In this document: piece by piece, positions 1 through 10,847 of the stretch
How the letters are laid out: each line of letters opens with the position of its first letter
Numbering within the stretch: the first letter of the stretch is position 1
Origin: Geosiphon pyriformis uo1
Taxonomy: Eukaryota > Fungi > Glomeromycota
Assembly (NCBI GenBank): GCA_016748015.1
Contig: JAAOMT010000435.1
Location: 227,223 to 291,222, forward strand
DNA length: 64,000 nucleotides
Direction: 5' to 3'
Notes under the pieces: model-generated
Told to the model about the DNA's origin: nothing
The model's input: the letters and a program-made list of their open reading frames with translations, nothing else
Database searches by the model: none
Position numbers and translations under genes: made by a program

Positions 1-240
1 TATATACATAATTCTTGTTATATGAGATTTTACATTTTCTTAAACAATATGTTATGATTTTCTGATAATGTGCTTATTGTTAAGCAGTGTGCCATAATTT
101 ACTGACAATATACACATTATTGAACAATATGTCATAATTTTCTAATATTGTGTTTACTTACTAAGTACTATTCTCTTATTGATCTATTTTTTTATCTGTT
201 TTTTTTACTTTCTTTCTTTGTACTTTTTCTATAAGTAATA
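1..240 (-). repeat. 3' LTR of Gypsy-1 (partial)
   Basis: Colinear with ~12900-13183; followed by ttatttctttcttt (purine tract on the minus strand). Confidence 0.9.
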
Positions 241-254
241 TTATTTCTTTCTTT
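241..254 (-). promoter_or_regulatory. Polypurine tract of Gypsy-1
   Basis: Minus strand aaagaaagaaataa abuts the LTR; the same motif plus upstream 'gctcaatatt' occurs at 8670-8696 and, decayed, at ~26180-26205. Confidence 0.7.
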
Positions 255-1017
255 AATATTGAGCTTTGTTGAAATTTTTATTTTGGATTAAGTTTATTAC
301 TTCTTTTTCTAATACTGTTTGTTTAATTCTGTTCCTTATTTCTTCAGATTAAGAGTTGTTCATTTTTTTTTACTGGTTTACAGTTATTGTTTCTATTTTT
401 TAATGTAGTAGTATTTCTGAAAATTTTGAAATATAGTGTGTAATTAGTAAATTGTTTTGATGTATAGTTTAAAATTTGTTTTCTTTTCAATAAAATTTTT
501 AATCTGTTGTACTATTTTTTAATTGAATATTTTTTTGAATTTGTTGATATATAATTTTTGAATATTCAGTTTTTGTTTCAATTGATAATAACAATATAAT
601 ACTGGAAGTTGTTCTATTTATAGCTTCCAGTTTTTTTTAGTTAGTTTTTCTGTTAAGATTATCTTTGATATTTTTCCAAAAGTGTTTTTTACTTTTTTTA
701 TAACTTTATTTAACTAGTACTTTATTTGTAGTTGCTAATATAGAGTAATTCTTGCTTTTTTCTCTTTTTTAGTGTTTTGATAACAAAATGTTTGGTGGTT
801 AATAACAATTTTTATATTTAATTGTTGTTAATTTATGGCTTAGAATAATTGTTAAGCTATTGTGTAAATGTGGTCTAAGATTTCTATTTTTTTGTTGTTG
901 CTTTTGTTATATTTACCATGTCTTTATATATTTTTGTAGATTAATTTAATGTGTTTGTGTTAATAATTATGATTGGTTTCAGATTTTGTGAAATTTTATC
1001 TGGTTGGACTAGTATTT

Positions 1018-2300
1018 ATTGTATTTCTAATTGTGAAATATTACTGGTGAATAATAATACTATATTGTAATATAGTTTCAGTTAATCTCCAGATGCTGCT
1101 TTAGTTAAGATTTTGTTGTCTCATCTTAATTTATAAGCTTTATTTTCTAAAAATTTTTCAATGTGAAAATGTCTATTTTATTTAAAGTCAAATTTTTCAC
1201 TCTATTGTTTTTCTACTTTGGTAAAATATAAAAATATTTTGTCTTCAATTCTAAATTTGACTGGTTTATTTAGTAATTGTTTATCATGTTATTTTTTCTG
1301 TTTTTTTTGTAATTTTTGGATGTTATTAACTGTTCTTCACTTTTTGTTTTCTAATGTTTTCATTAAATCATATGTTTTTTTCAGCAATGTTTTTTGAAAA
1401 TTGGCTTCTGTTATTAGTTTTATTAGATATATATTAATATCTATTTCGATTAGTAATGCTGTTGTTCTACTATAGACAAGTTTAAATAGTATTATTTGTA
1501 TGGTATCTTGCTTTATTGTTCAATAAGCAAATAATACTAATGGTATAAACAAATCTTATTTGTCCTGATTTTTTTGACTGATCTTGGCTATTACTTTATA
1601 CAATGTTTTATTAAATCTTTTGATTAAGCTATTTGTTTATAGATAATATAGTAATAATAATGGTCTTTTGATTCCAAATCTTTGACTTAATTTTGTTAAT
1701 ATTCTGTTCACAAAGTGAGTTTCTTGATCTGATAACAATTTTTTTGGATATCTATGTCAACAAATTAAATCTTGATAAATGAATTTAGCTACTAATTCTG
1801 TATTTGCTCTTTGAATTGCTTTTGTTTTTGGTCATTTTGTGAAATAATCTATGACTACTGCTATATATTTATTGTTTTTGCTAATTATTGTTAATGGTCT
1901 AACTAAGTTAATTCTAATTCAATCAAATAGTTGTCATATTTTGATTGGTTTTAATGGTTTATTGGGTTTTGTTTCTTTTTTTCTTTGACAAATATCACAA
2001 TTTTGAACATATTAGATAATGTTTAGATATATGAATGGCTAATAATATCTTTTTCTTATTCTTTTTATGATTGCTTTTTTATAAAAATGTTTTGTTATTA
2101 GATCTGAATACATATTAAATAGTATTGTTTTTTTTTCTGATTTTGTAATTACTCTAAATGGCTAATCTGAGTATTTTTTGTTTTTTTAGTATAATATATC
2201 TTGATAAATTATAAAATATTTTGCTTGTTGTTTTATGTTGTTTTGTTCTTTTTAAGATAATTTTTTCTTGAACTGTTGAGTATTAATGTAATGTTAGAGT
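1018..2300 (-). pseudogene. Gypsy integrase (HHCC, core, GPY/F tail), disrupted
   Basis: Minus-strand translation gives H..H..VQNCDICQR (~1985-2110), RIRINLVRPL, MDYFTK, LLSDQETHF, FNKTL, and a ..AYKLR.. GPY/F-like tail (~1080-1260); many TAA/TGA stops. Confidence 0.88.
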
Positions 2301-2439
2301 TGTTGATATTTTTGTGTGTTTATTTTTTGTTATATTTTTGGGTTAAAATGTTCTTAGATTTGTCTTATTTATGACAAATTATTAATATTTCCATTTTTTT
2401 TTCTTTTTTTATAATGTATAATATAATTAAATAGTGATA

Positions 2440-3700
2440 ATTTTATTTTCTATTTTGCATAACAATTGTTTTCAAATTTTTGCTTTTGGATTGATGTCAA
2501 TTCTTTATAATTAATATATATCTCAAACTTTTAACTCAAATTTTTTTTTTATTTGATAACAGTCTAATAGATAGCTAAGTATTTTAATGCTAAGATTTCA
2601 TAGTTTTTTTGGCTGGACTTAAACTTCTACTGGCATATGTCACTGGATGTTCTTATTCATCTGTTTTTTTTTGTGACAATACAGTTCTCAATACTTAATT
2701 AGATATATTAGTAGTAATAATAAATAACTTGCTATAATTTGTATAGATCAATACTAGTGCTTAAATAAGCTTTCTTTTCAAAATATTAAAAGCTTCTTGT
2801 TGGGTTTTAGTTTTTTTATATTTCACATTTTTTGCTTAAAGCTAATAAAATAATTGAGCCAATTTGAAGAAGTTTTGGATGAAACAGTAATAGTATTCAG
2901 CAAATCTTAAGAATCCTCTTAATTTTGTTAAATTTGTTGGTATTGTGAAGTTTTTAACTATTTCAATTTTGTCTGGATCTGTTTTGATGTTGTCTTTGTT
3001 TATAACATGTCCCAAAAACTTGAGTTCAGTTTTGCCAAAAAAGCATTTAATTGTATTCAACTTTAATTTGGCTCTTCTTAATCTTTCAAACACTTATTGA
3101 AGATGATAGAAATAGTCATTAAATATTTTAGAGAACACATTGGTGTTATCCAAGTAGATTATTACTGATTTCCATAGTAATCTGGTGTATACAATTTCCA
3201 TGAGCCATTAAAAAATAGCTGAAGCATTAGTTAAGCCAAATAGTATAATATCAAATTCAAAGTTCTCTTTTCTGGTAGTAAACATGGTTTTCTCTTTGTT
3301 GGCTGAATTTATGACTACTTATTAATAACTACTATCTAAGTCTAATATTAAACACTATTTTTTTCCTCTAAAAGCATCAAATAATTCTTAAATCTATAAA
3401 GTCAGATAGCTGTTTCTATGAATAATATTGTTGAGTTTTTGATAATTTACACAAAAACAGATCTTTCTATTTTTCTTATAAATAAATACTACTGGTGATA
3501 ACTATAGGCTTATTGATAATTGAATTAACCTATTGTCCAACATTCTGTTGATTTTTTGTCTGATGATTTTATGGCTGGCTGGTGGTACTTTATATGCTTT
3601 TTGTTTAAATGGTATTGCATTTCCAGTTTTAATCTAATGTTAGATAATATCAGTTCTACCAAATTCGTTTTCATTGGCAAAGATATAAGTGAAATTGTTA
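2440..3700 (-). pseudogene. Gypsy reverse transcriptase + RNase H, disrupted
   Basis: ORF 2842-3093 FERLRRAKLKLN..KCFFGKTELKFLGHVI..TDPDKIE..LRGFL; FGLTNASAIF; YLDN (decayed YLDD) at ~3145-3156; RNase H HPVTYASRSLSPAKKNY at ~2600-2650. Confidence 0.92.
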
Positions 3701-4179
3701 AATAGTATCTTGAGTTGTATTTGTTAAAATGGGTCTAAATTTCCTAAGTTTATTTGTTCTAATTGTTTAAGTTATAACAAATAATACTTTTCTTATTTAT
3801 AGATTGTTTGTGATGTGATATCTACATATTTACATAATTGTAAAAAGTCTAAAATAGTGGTTGGTAATTGGTTTTCAACTTTAATGTTTAAGTATCTAAT
3901 AGTAATTTTACTTAATATTTCTATGGGGTCTCCAGTTGTATTATATATTGAGATTTTAATGTGTTTATAGTTCTTGGCTAGTATGTAGAAATTGGTAATA
4001 CTAATTGCTCTTGATTTACAAATAGTTGGTTTAACTTTAAAAATCTGGATCTGATTTTTTACTTTCTTTTTTATTATTAATATGTATTGATTATATGGTA
4101 AAATAGAAATTGACTGATAAATAGAGATAATTTTTTTCTTATCAATTGTTTTTTTTTCCACCATATTAACTGATATATC

Positions 4180-4600
4180 TATTTTATCTGTTGATCTAAA
4201 TCTTTTTATCTCTCTTGCTATAATCCCAAACTTTTTTCTTGTTTTCACTAATATTAACTGAGCTATTTTAACTAAAGACAAGAATATTTTCTATGCTATT
4301 TTTTTGTTTGGTTCAATAATATATCTCTTTTCTGAATTGTTTTGTAGTATTGCAATAATATTTTCTATATATTTCATATTAATTATTTTTTTTTTAATAT
4401 TAATCTCTTTTTTTACTAAACTAGATTTAGAGACTAGTTAAACTATTATTGTTGCTAGAATTTTTTGTACTGTTTTCAGATTTATACTAATATGTAAATG
4501 AGATTCTAATCTGATGGCAGTTTTTTTTAAATGCTTGAAATCAAATCCTGTATTAGTATTATGTGCATGTTCTGGCATAATATCTTTATTGTTATTATTA
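4180..4600 (-). pseudogene. dUTPase domain in Gypsy pol (between protease and RT), decayed
   Basis: Minus strand reads IMPEHAHNTNTGFDF (motif 1, AGFDL), SKSSL (motif 2, RSS), IINMKY (motif 3, IIDxGY), KIA* (motif 4, IAQ), AREIKRFRST (motif 5, RGxxGFGST); most deviations are G>A/C>T. Confidence 0.8.
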
Positions 4601-5699
4601 AACTATTTTAGTTTCTGCTTTATTGACAGATTTGAAAGTACAATATATTGTTCAGAATTGTAATTGGAATTTGAATTGTTATTGTTGTTGTCATAGTAAA
4701 TAGAGTTAGAATTATTGTTGTTATTATTATTAAAGTCTGAATTGTGTTTAGATTTAGATTCTGATTCCAATGTGCATTTATTGATTGGTTTTTTTTCTTT
4801 GGGAATTAAATAGATTATGTGTGGTGGTAGATTGTAGATGAGATTACAATTGTCACAATATTCAAAGTCACTTAGAATTAAACAATATTTACACAGCTTT
4901 ATATTTAATTGTTCTAGTTTTTGTTTTTGCTCTTTTCTAATCAACACTAAGTATTAGTAGTGCTCATAAAATTGTTCTGAATTGTCCATAATATTATTAA
5001 AGATGTTAAAAGTTAGGACAAATTCGGATTCAGGAAGTGTTAGTAGATTATTTTTGATTTTTTATATTTTACTGGATAAAGCATCTTTAACTTTAGCACT
5101 TATTATTTTCCAGATTTCATGTTTGTTGTATGAATAACTTCTTAAATATGTAAATGCTTATTTCCAGATAGCATCAATTGAAATTTTTTTTCATATTCAG
5201 TTATTGATTAAACTTGTATATTAACATGTTTTGTCATATGTTTCTCCTTATTTAGGAATGTTATTCCATATTTCTTTGTCAAAAAAAATTGTTTTACACA
5301 TAAGACAAAGCTTATTGTTCTATTTTTTTTGTTGTTTGAATTGTCCAAAGCATTCAAAAACACATGGGTGACAATAATACTTAGTTGCTGTTGGCTATTC
5401 TTTGTTATTGCTACAATATACACTTATTGTTGACAATTTTTTGTCACAATTGGCACATATTAATTTGGATCAACAATAATTTGGTTGTCTTAGTAGTATA
5501 GTATATAAAGTATACATTGAAGAGATAACTTAGAGTTGTTCTTTTTCTCTTTTTTTTTCCTTTTTTTTTACAGATTAGAATTAGTGATAGTTTATTGTGA
5601 TCTTTGTTGACTCATAAAACTTGATAAGCTTTTCAAGTAGGTTTTTCTTCTTTTTTCTTAAATTCTATTAGTAAATGTATGGTGATTGGTTTGAAATGA

Positions 5700-6075
5700 T
5701 CACAAGTAACAAATACCTAAGTTTGCTAACTATTTTGACTAAACTGTAGCTTTTAAATATTCCAGTCAAGCATAGTATTAGTTTTGAACAACCAGTCATT
5801 ATTAATTAATGCTTAATATTGTATGGCTTTCATAATAAGAATATTAATTGGTGTAATAATACCATTAACTTTGAATGAAAAGTCATTAATCTTGTCAATT
5901 AAAGTCTTTGTTGTTTTATTGGCAATAATAATTTTAGTACTGATAACACAATCAACTTGGCAACCTAATTGGTTTATGAGTTGTTATGTGATAATATTGT
6001 TTGTTAAACTACTATCAAAAATTAGCTTAATAGAATGATTATTAACTTTAACATTAGTATACATCACAGTGATTG
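5700..6075 (-). pseudogene. Retroviral-type aspartic protease, decayed
   Basis: ORF 5984-6298 ends PITVMYTNVKVNNHSIKLIFDSSLTNNIIT (decayed LDSG motif); downstream IPIKILIMKAIQY*ALINNDWL matches the second half (ALVGNDWL-like). Confidence 0.85.
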
Positions 6076-6584
6076 GTTTAATATTAAGAGCAGTTCTACT
6101 GAATAGTGGTGTTATTGTTGATTCTTTTAACTTAAAGAGAAAAATGACTGCAAATGATTTGTTTTCTGTAATAGTTGCTAGTAAAATGTTGTTGATAAGT
6201 AATTTGTGATTGGTATTCAGATTGTTGAATAAGTTGGTTGCAGTCAGAAGACTTAAATAATTCTGGAAATTTTGGTTTTGAGTGTATTCACTTTTCAAAT
6301 TTCTTGGACATAATTCTAATAACTAATTTGATGCATTGGAGATTAGTTGATACACAACTATTGCCAATCTCTAATTTTGTTGTGTATATATCATTCTTGG
6401 TCTTTAGTTTTCAGCTGGCACAGTAATATTAATATTTGTTAAGATTAATATATGATTTGTGACTGTAATTAATATAGTACTGGTGCTAAAGTCTAATATA
6501 CTGGAATAGTAGTTCACAGTTTAGAACTAGTAATTAGAACTTTAATATTGATTTCTTGATCATTAGTATTTTAATCTTAATTGA

Positions 6585-7307
6585 TATTATAAGTGAATAT
6601 TTAGGGTCTGGAAACAAATAACAAACTTATAACTTAGTGCTTAATAAGTGATGGTGTTGGTAATATCTAAAGGTTTTGGTGTCTGAAGGTTTTGGTTGAG
6701 TCTTTTGTATAATAGACAGAGATTTAAGTGTTGTTTTCTTATAGCTTCCCAGAATTGCAATTTTATCTAATTTTTGTCTTTAGTATGATGGCCAGTTTAT
6801 TCTGACAGTCATGCCTTTCTGGTAAGTTTATTCATAAATTCTGTAACTCTATACCTTTCCTTTGGGGTTTTTTATCAGGCTATTTTTAATGTCAATTAAT
6901 CAATACTTGATCCCTCAAATCAATTAGTAAACAATAAACAACAAAGAAATAAAAGAAAATAAATAAAATAAAGAAATAAGCCAAGGCAAAAAAGAGTTAG
7001 TATCCCATTAATAGCCATGATCAAAAGCTATTGGTCCAATATAGTTAAGTATTAGTAATTATCAACATGAATTTGTTGATATTAGAAAGATATATTGTGA
7101 TATTTAATTCTCTAGCCAGAAATTCAGGAATTTCTAAAATCTTGTAATTCTTTAAGAGGAATTCTGAAATTCTAGAATCTTGTAATTCTTCATACTAGAA
7201 TTCTGTAATTTTTCTGAAAAAAATTCTGGAATTCCGTTTTTACTATGTCTTATTCTGATTGGCTAATTTGTGTACTAATATATAATTTCTATATTCTATA
7301 AGTAACA
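6585..7307 (-). mobile_element. Solo LTR (related Gypsy subfamily) inserted in Gypsy-1 gag
   Basis: Starts tattataag (decayed TGTTA) and ends agtaaca; shares U5 and central blocks with the other LTRs; 4-bp flanks ttga/ttag (both derivable from ttgg); no adjacent PBS or PPT. Confidence 0.85.
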
Positions 7308-7662
7308 TTAGCAGTCTATTCTTAAATATTCTTGTTTACTACAATAGTGGCAGATATATATCTTTTGCTATTATAATTAATTGGCTAATGAAGATAATAA
7401 ATATGATTAATTCTAAAAACAATTGGAGTTTTCTGAATTGTTATGGCATTATAGAAGTTAATAGATTGTCTAATTGTTAATTAAATATCTTTTAATTTTC
7501 TGATTGATGGTTTTGCCAAATTGTTTCAATTTGGTATTCAATTTAAATAATCTATTTATTATTAGGTTTATAGCTTAGATATAATTGGCTTCAAGTTTGG
7601 CTGATTCAAAATCTCTGATATGTATAACTGTATCTTAGAATGTTTATAGATGTAATAGACAT
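7308..7662 (-). pseudogene. Gypsy-1 gag fragment including decayed CCHC zinc knuckle
   Basis: Minus strand ICHYCSKQEYLRIDC (CX2CX4HX4C with H>Y) at ~7311-7355; RDFESAKLEANY..KLKQFGKTINQKIKRYL upstream. Confidence 0.8.
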
Positions 7663-8669
7663 TGTTACAAGTGATTTTTTGGGGTGTCGAGTAAATAACA
7701 AACCTGTAACTTGGTGCTCAAGGTGATTGGTGATGATGATAATCTGAAGGTATTTTATTTGAAGATTTTCCAATTGAATTCTTTGTATAATGGACAGAGA
7801 TTTAATGGTAACAGTTTATCAGTAGTTTCCTGGCACTGTAGTTTCGCCAATTGCTTACTTAGCTTGATGGTTGATAATTTTCTTAATACAATATCCTCTG
7901 TAAGTGTATACTAGTGTAGTTTCCTGACGTCAGTTTCTCTGTAAGTCCTCCAAGAGTAAGTGTTGTTTAAACAAGTTTATTTCTTTGTAAGTTCTTCAAG
8001 AGTAAGTATTTTTTAGTAAGCTTTATTTCTCCATAAGTCCTCTAAGAGTAAATCCTTTAATCAAGTTAGTAGACAACAAAGAAAATAAAGAAAAATAAAA
8101 GAGAAAATAAAAAAGAAGCCAAGGCAATTTGCAAGTTAGTAACGCATCAATAGCCATAATCAAGAGCTATTGTTCCAGTATGGTTAAGTATCAGTTACCA
8201 TTAACATGAAGTGTTGATAGTGGAGAATGAATTTGATATAATGAATAATTATTTATTTGAGAATTGTAGTAACTAAGCTAAAAATTCTTGGTGTTGATTC
8301 TTTTTTTTTTTTTTTTTTGTAATTTTAATAATTATAATTTTGTGAGTTTAATTGATTCTATGAGTCTAATTGACTCCACAAATCAATTGACTCTAAGTTC
8401 TATTGACTAATTTTCTAATTTCTGATACTACTGTTATATATACGTATTTGAGATTCCTCAATTCCTCAATTCTTCATGTCAGGAATCCTGAAATTCCTGG
8501 AATTCTGCAATTCATTTGAGAAAAATCCTGGAATTCTGGAATTCTGCGATTCCTCATGTAAGAATCCTGCAATTTTTCTGAAAGGAATTCTAGAATTCCA
8601 CATTTACTATGTTTACTTATGATTGGCTAATTTATATGCTAATATACTTCCTATATTTTATGAGTAATA
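7663..8669 (-). repeat. 3' LTR of nested element
   Basis: tgttacaag...gagtaata; colinear with 9828-10847; internal ~46-bp x3 repeats (ctctgtaagtcctccaagagtaa) and ggaattc(c)tg arrays. Confidence 0.93.
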
Positions 8670-9199
8670 TTATTCTCTCTTTTAATATTGAGCTCCTGTG
8701 AAATCTTCTAAATCTCTCTTTTGTATCAATGTTGTTGTGGTAATTTTTATTGCTATTTGTAAATCTAATTTTATACATGACTGGGGTTTTTAACTGTAGT
8801 GGTCTGTTCAAAATATCCATGTTCAAATCTTGTATCTGTATTATGTACATGTTCAGACATAATGTTTTTATTATTATCACTGAATTGAGTTAATTCCTGC
8901 TCTATTGTAAGATTTAGAAGTGTGATATATTATTTGGTGTTTGAAGTGGAGTTTGAATTGTTGTTGGCAGAGTTTAAATCATTGTTTGTCATTAGCGGAG
9001 TTTGAATCATTGTTGTTATCAGTGGAGTTTGAATTAGAATTAAGTTCCAATTCCGATTCCCATTTGTTCTTGCTGATAGGCTCTTCTTTGAATATATGAC
9101 ACATAGAAGTGGATTGTAACTATGTCCCAATATTCTGACTTAGGGCTGTCAGGTAAGTTTTGCTGATTTATTGGTACTGTGAGAATTAGGTTTTATTGG

Positions 9200-9700
9200 G
9201 CTATCAGAGGTAAGTTTCCTTGTATGATAGTGGGGTTTGGAATTTATTAAACTTTAAATGTTCGGTTTTTTGGATAATTCTCAGAGTTTGAATTGCTAGA
9301 GGTTTAACGAGTTTTATTGATGGTAAGTTTCTTTGTACAATAGCGGGGTTGGAATTATCGGGTTTCAAATATTTGAGGGGTTTTTTTTTTTTTTTTTTTT
9401 TTGAATAATCGGGTCTTGAATAATCGAAGTTTTAATTTAACGAGTTTTTAACAAATTTATCAATAGTAATTTTCGAATGTTCGGGGTTTTAACAATTGGG
9501 TCTTAAATAATCGGAGTTTGAATTTAACAAATTTTTTTTTTTTTTCAAAGGTGAGTTTCAAATGTTCGGGGTTTTAATGATTGGGTTTTGAATAATTGGA
9601 GTTTTAATGAGTTTATCAATGGTAATTTTTGAATGTTTAGGGTTTTAATGATCAAGTCTTGAATAATTGGAGTTTTAATTTAACGAGGTTTTCAAAGGTA
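9200..9700. repeat. Degenerate tandem repeat array in nested element interior
   Basis: Recurring aatgttcggggttttaa..gggt(c/t)ttgaataat(c/t)ggagttt(g/t)aatttaacgag units near 9257, 9368, 9476, 9560, 9630, with poly-T runs. Confidence 0.75.
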
Positions 9701-9808
9701 ATAATAAAATAAGGATTTTGCAAATCCTAAGTAATTTTCTCTTGTTTTCTCTTGGTCTGCCATTTTCTTGCATGATTGTTGTTGGTATTGGTTCTCTGTT
9801 GGATTATA

Positions 9809-9827
9809 CTTCACAGGGAGCACCAAA
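9809..9827 (-). promoter_or_regulatory. Primer-binding site, probably tRNA-Ile(UAU)-type
   Basis: Minus strand ttTGGTGCTCCCTGTGAAG directly after the LTR end; complementary to a tRNA 3' end ...GAGCACCA, which eukaryotic tRNA-Ile(UAU) has. Confidence 0.7.
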
Positions 9828-10847
9828 TGTTATAGGTGATTCTTTGAGGTGTCAAGTAAATAACAAACCCATAACTTGGTGCTCAAGGTGATTGGTGATG
9901 ATGATAATTTAAAGGTATTTTATCTGAAGGTTTTCCAATTGAGTTCTTTGTATAATGGACAGAGATTCAATGATAACAGTTTATCAGTAGTTTTCTGGCA
10001 CTGTAGTTTTGCCAATTGCTTACTCAGCTTGATGGTTGATGATTCTTCTGGTATGATATTTTTTGTAAGTATATATCAGTATGGTTTCTTGGTGTCAGTT
10101 TCTCTGTAAGTCCTCCAAGAGTAAGTGTTGTTTAAGCAAGTTTATTCCTCTGTAAGTTCTCCAAAAGTAAGTATTTTTTAGTAAGCTTTATTCCTCTGTA
10201 AGTCCTCCAAGAGTAAATCCTTTAATCAAGTTAGTAAACAACAAAGAAAATAAAGAAAAATAAAAGAGAAAATAAGAAAGAAGCCAAGGCAATTTGCAAG
10301 TTAGTATCCCATTAATAGTTGTGATCAAGAACTATTGTTCCAGTATGGTTAAGTATCAGTTACCATCAACATGAAGTGTTGATAGTGAAGAATGAATTTG
10401 ATATAGTGAATAATTATTTATTTGAGAATTGTAGTAACTAAGCTAAGAATTCTTGGTGTTGATTCTTTTTTTTTTTTTTGTAATTTTAATAATTATGATT
10501 TTACAAGTCTAATTGATTCTATAAGTCTAATTAACTTTGCAAATCAATTGATTTTAAGTTCTATTGACTAATTTTCTAACTTCTGATACTACTGCTATAT
10601 ATATGTATTTGAGATTCCTCAATTTCTCAATTTTTCATGTCAGGAATCCTGAAATTTCTGGAATTCTGCAATTCATTTGAGAAAAATCTTGGAATTCTAG
10701 AATTTTGCAATTCCTTGTGTGAGAATTCTGCAATTCCTGGAATCCTGCAATTCTTCTAAGAGGAATCCTAGAATTCCACATTTACTATGTCTACCTATAA
10801 TTGGCTAATTTATATGCTAATATACTTTCTATATTTTATGAGTAACA
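9828..10847 (-). repeat. 5' LTR of nested element
   Basis: tgttatagg...gagtaaca (TG..CA termini), adjacent to the PBS. Confidence 0.93.

Larger units (their letters stand above)
7663..10847 (-). mobile_element. Non-autonomous LTR retroelement (LARD/TRIM-like) nested in Gypsy-1 gag
   Basis: Two ~1.0-kb direct LTRs (7663-8669, 9828-10847), PBS 9809-9827, PPT 8670-8683, 4-bp TSD acat/gcat; the 1.16-kb interior has no pol; host gag reads through across the site, and the uninterrupted homolog is at ~42990-43040. Confidence 0.92.

Noticed and set aside
7711-10109. Duplicated ORFs MVLKVIGDDDNLKV.. (7711-7914, 9876-10109)
   Set aside because: They lie inside the twin LTRs, antisense to the element, and start at TTG; the duplication simply reflects the LTRs
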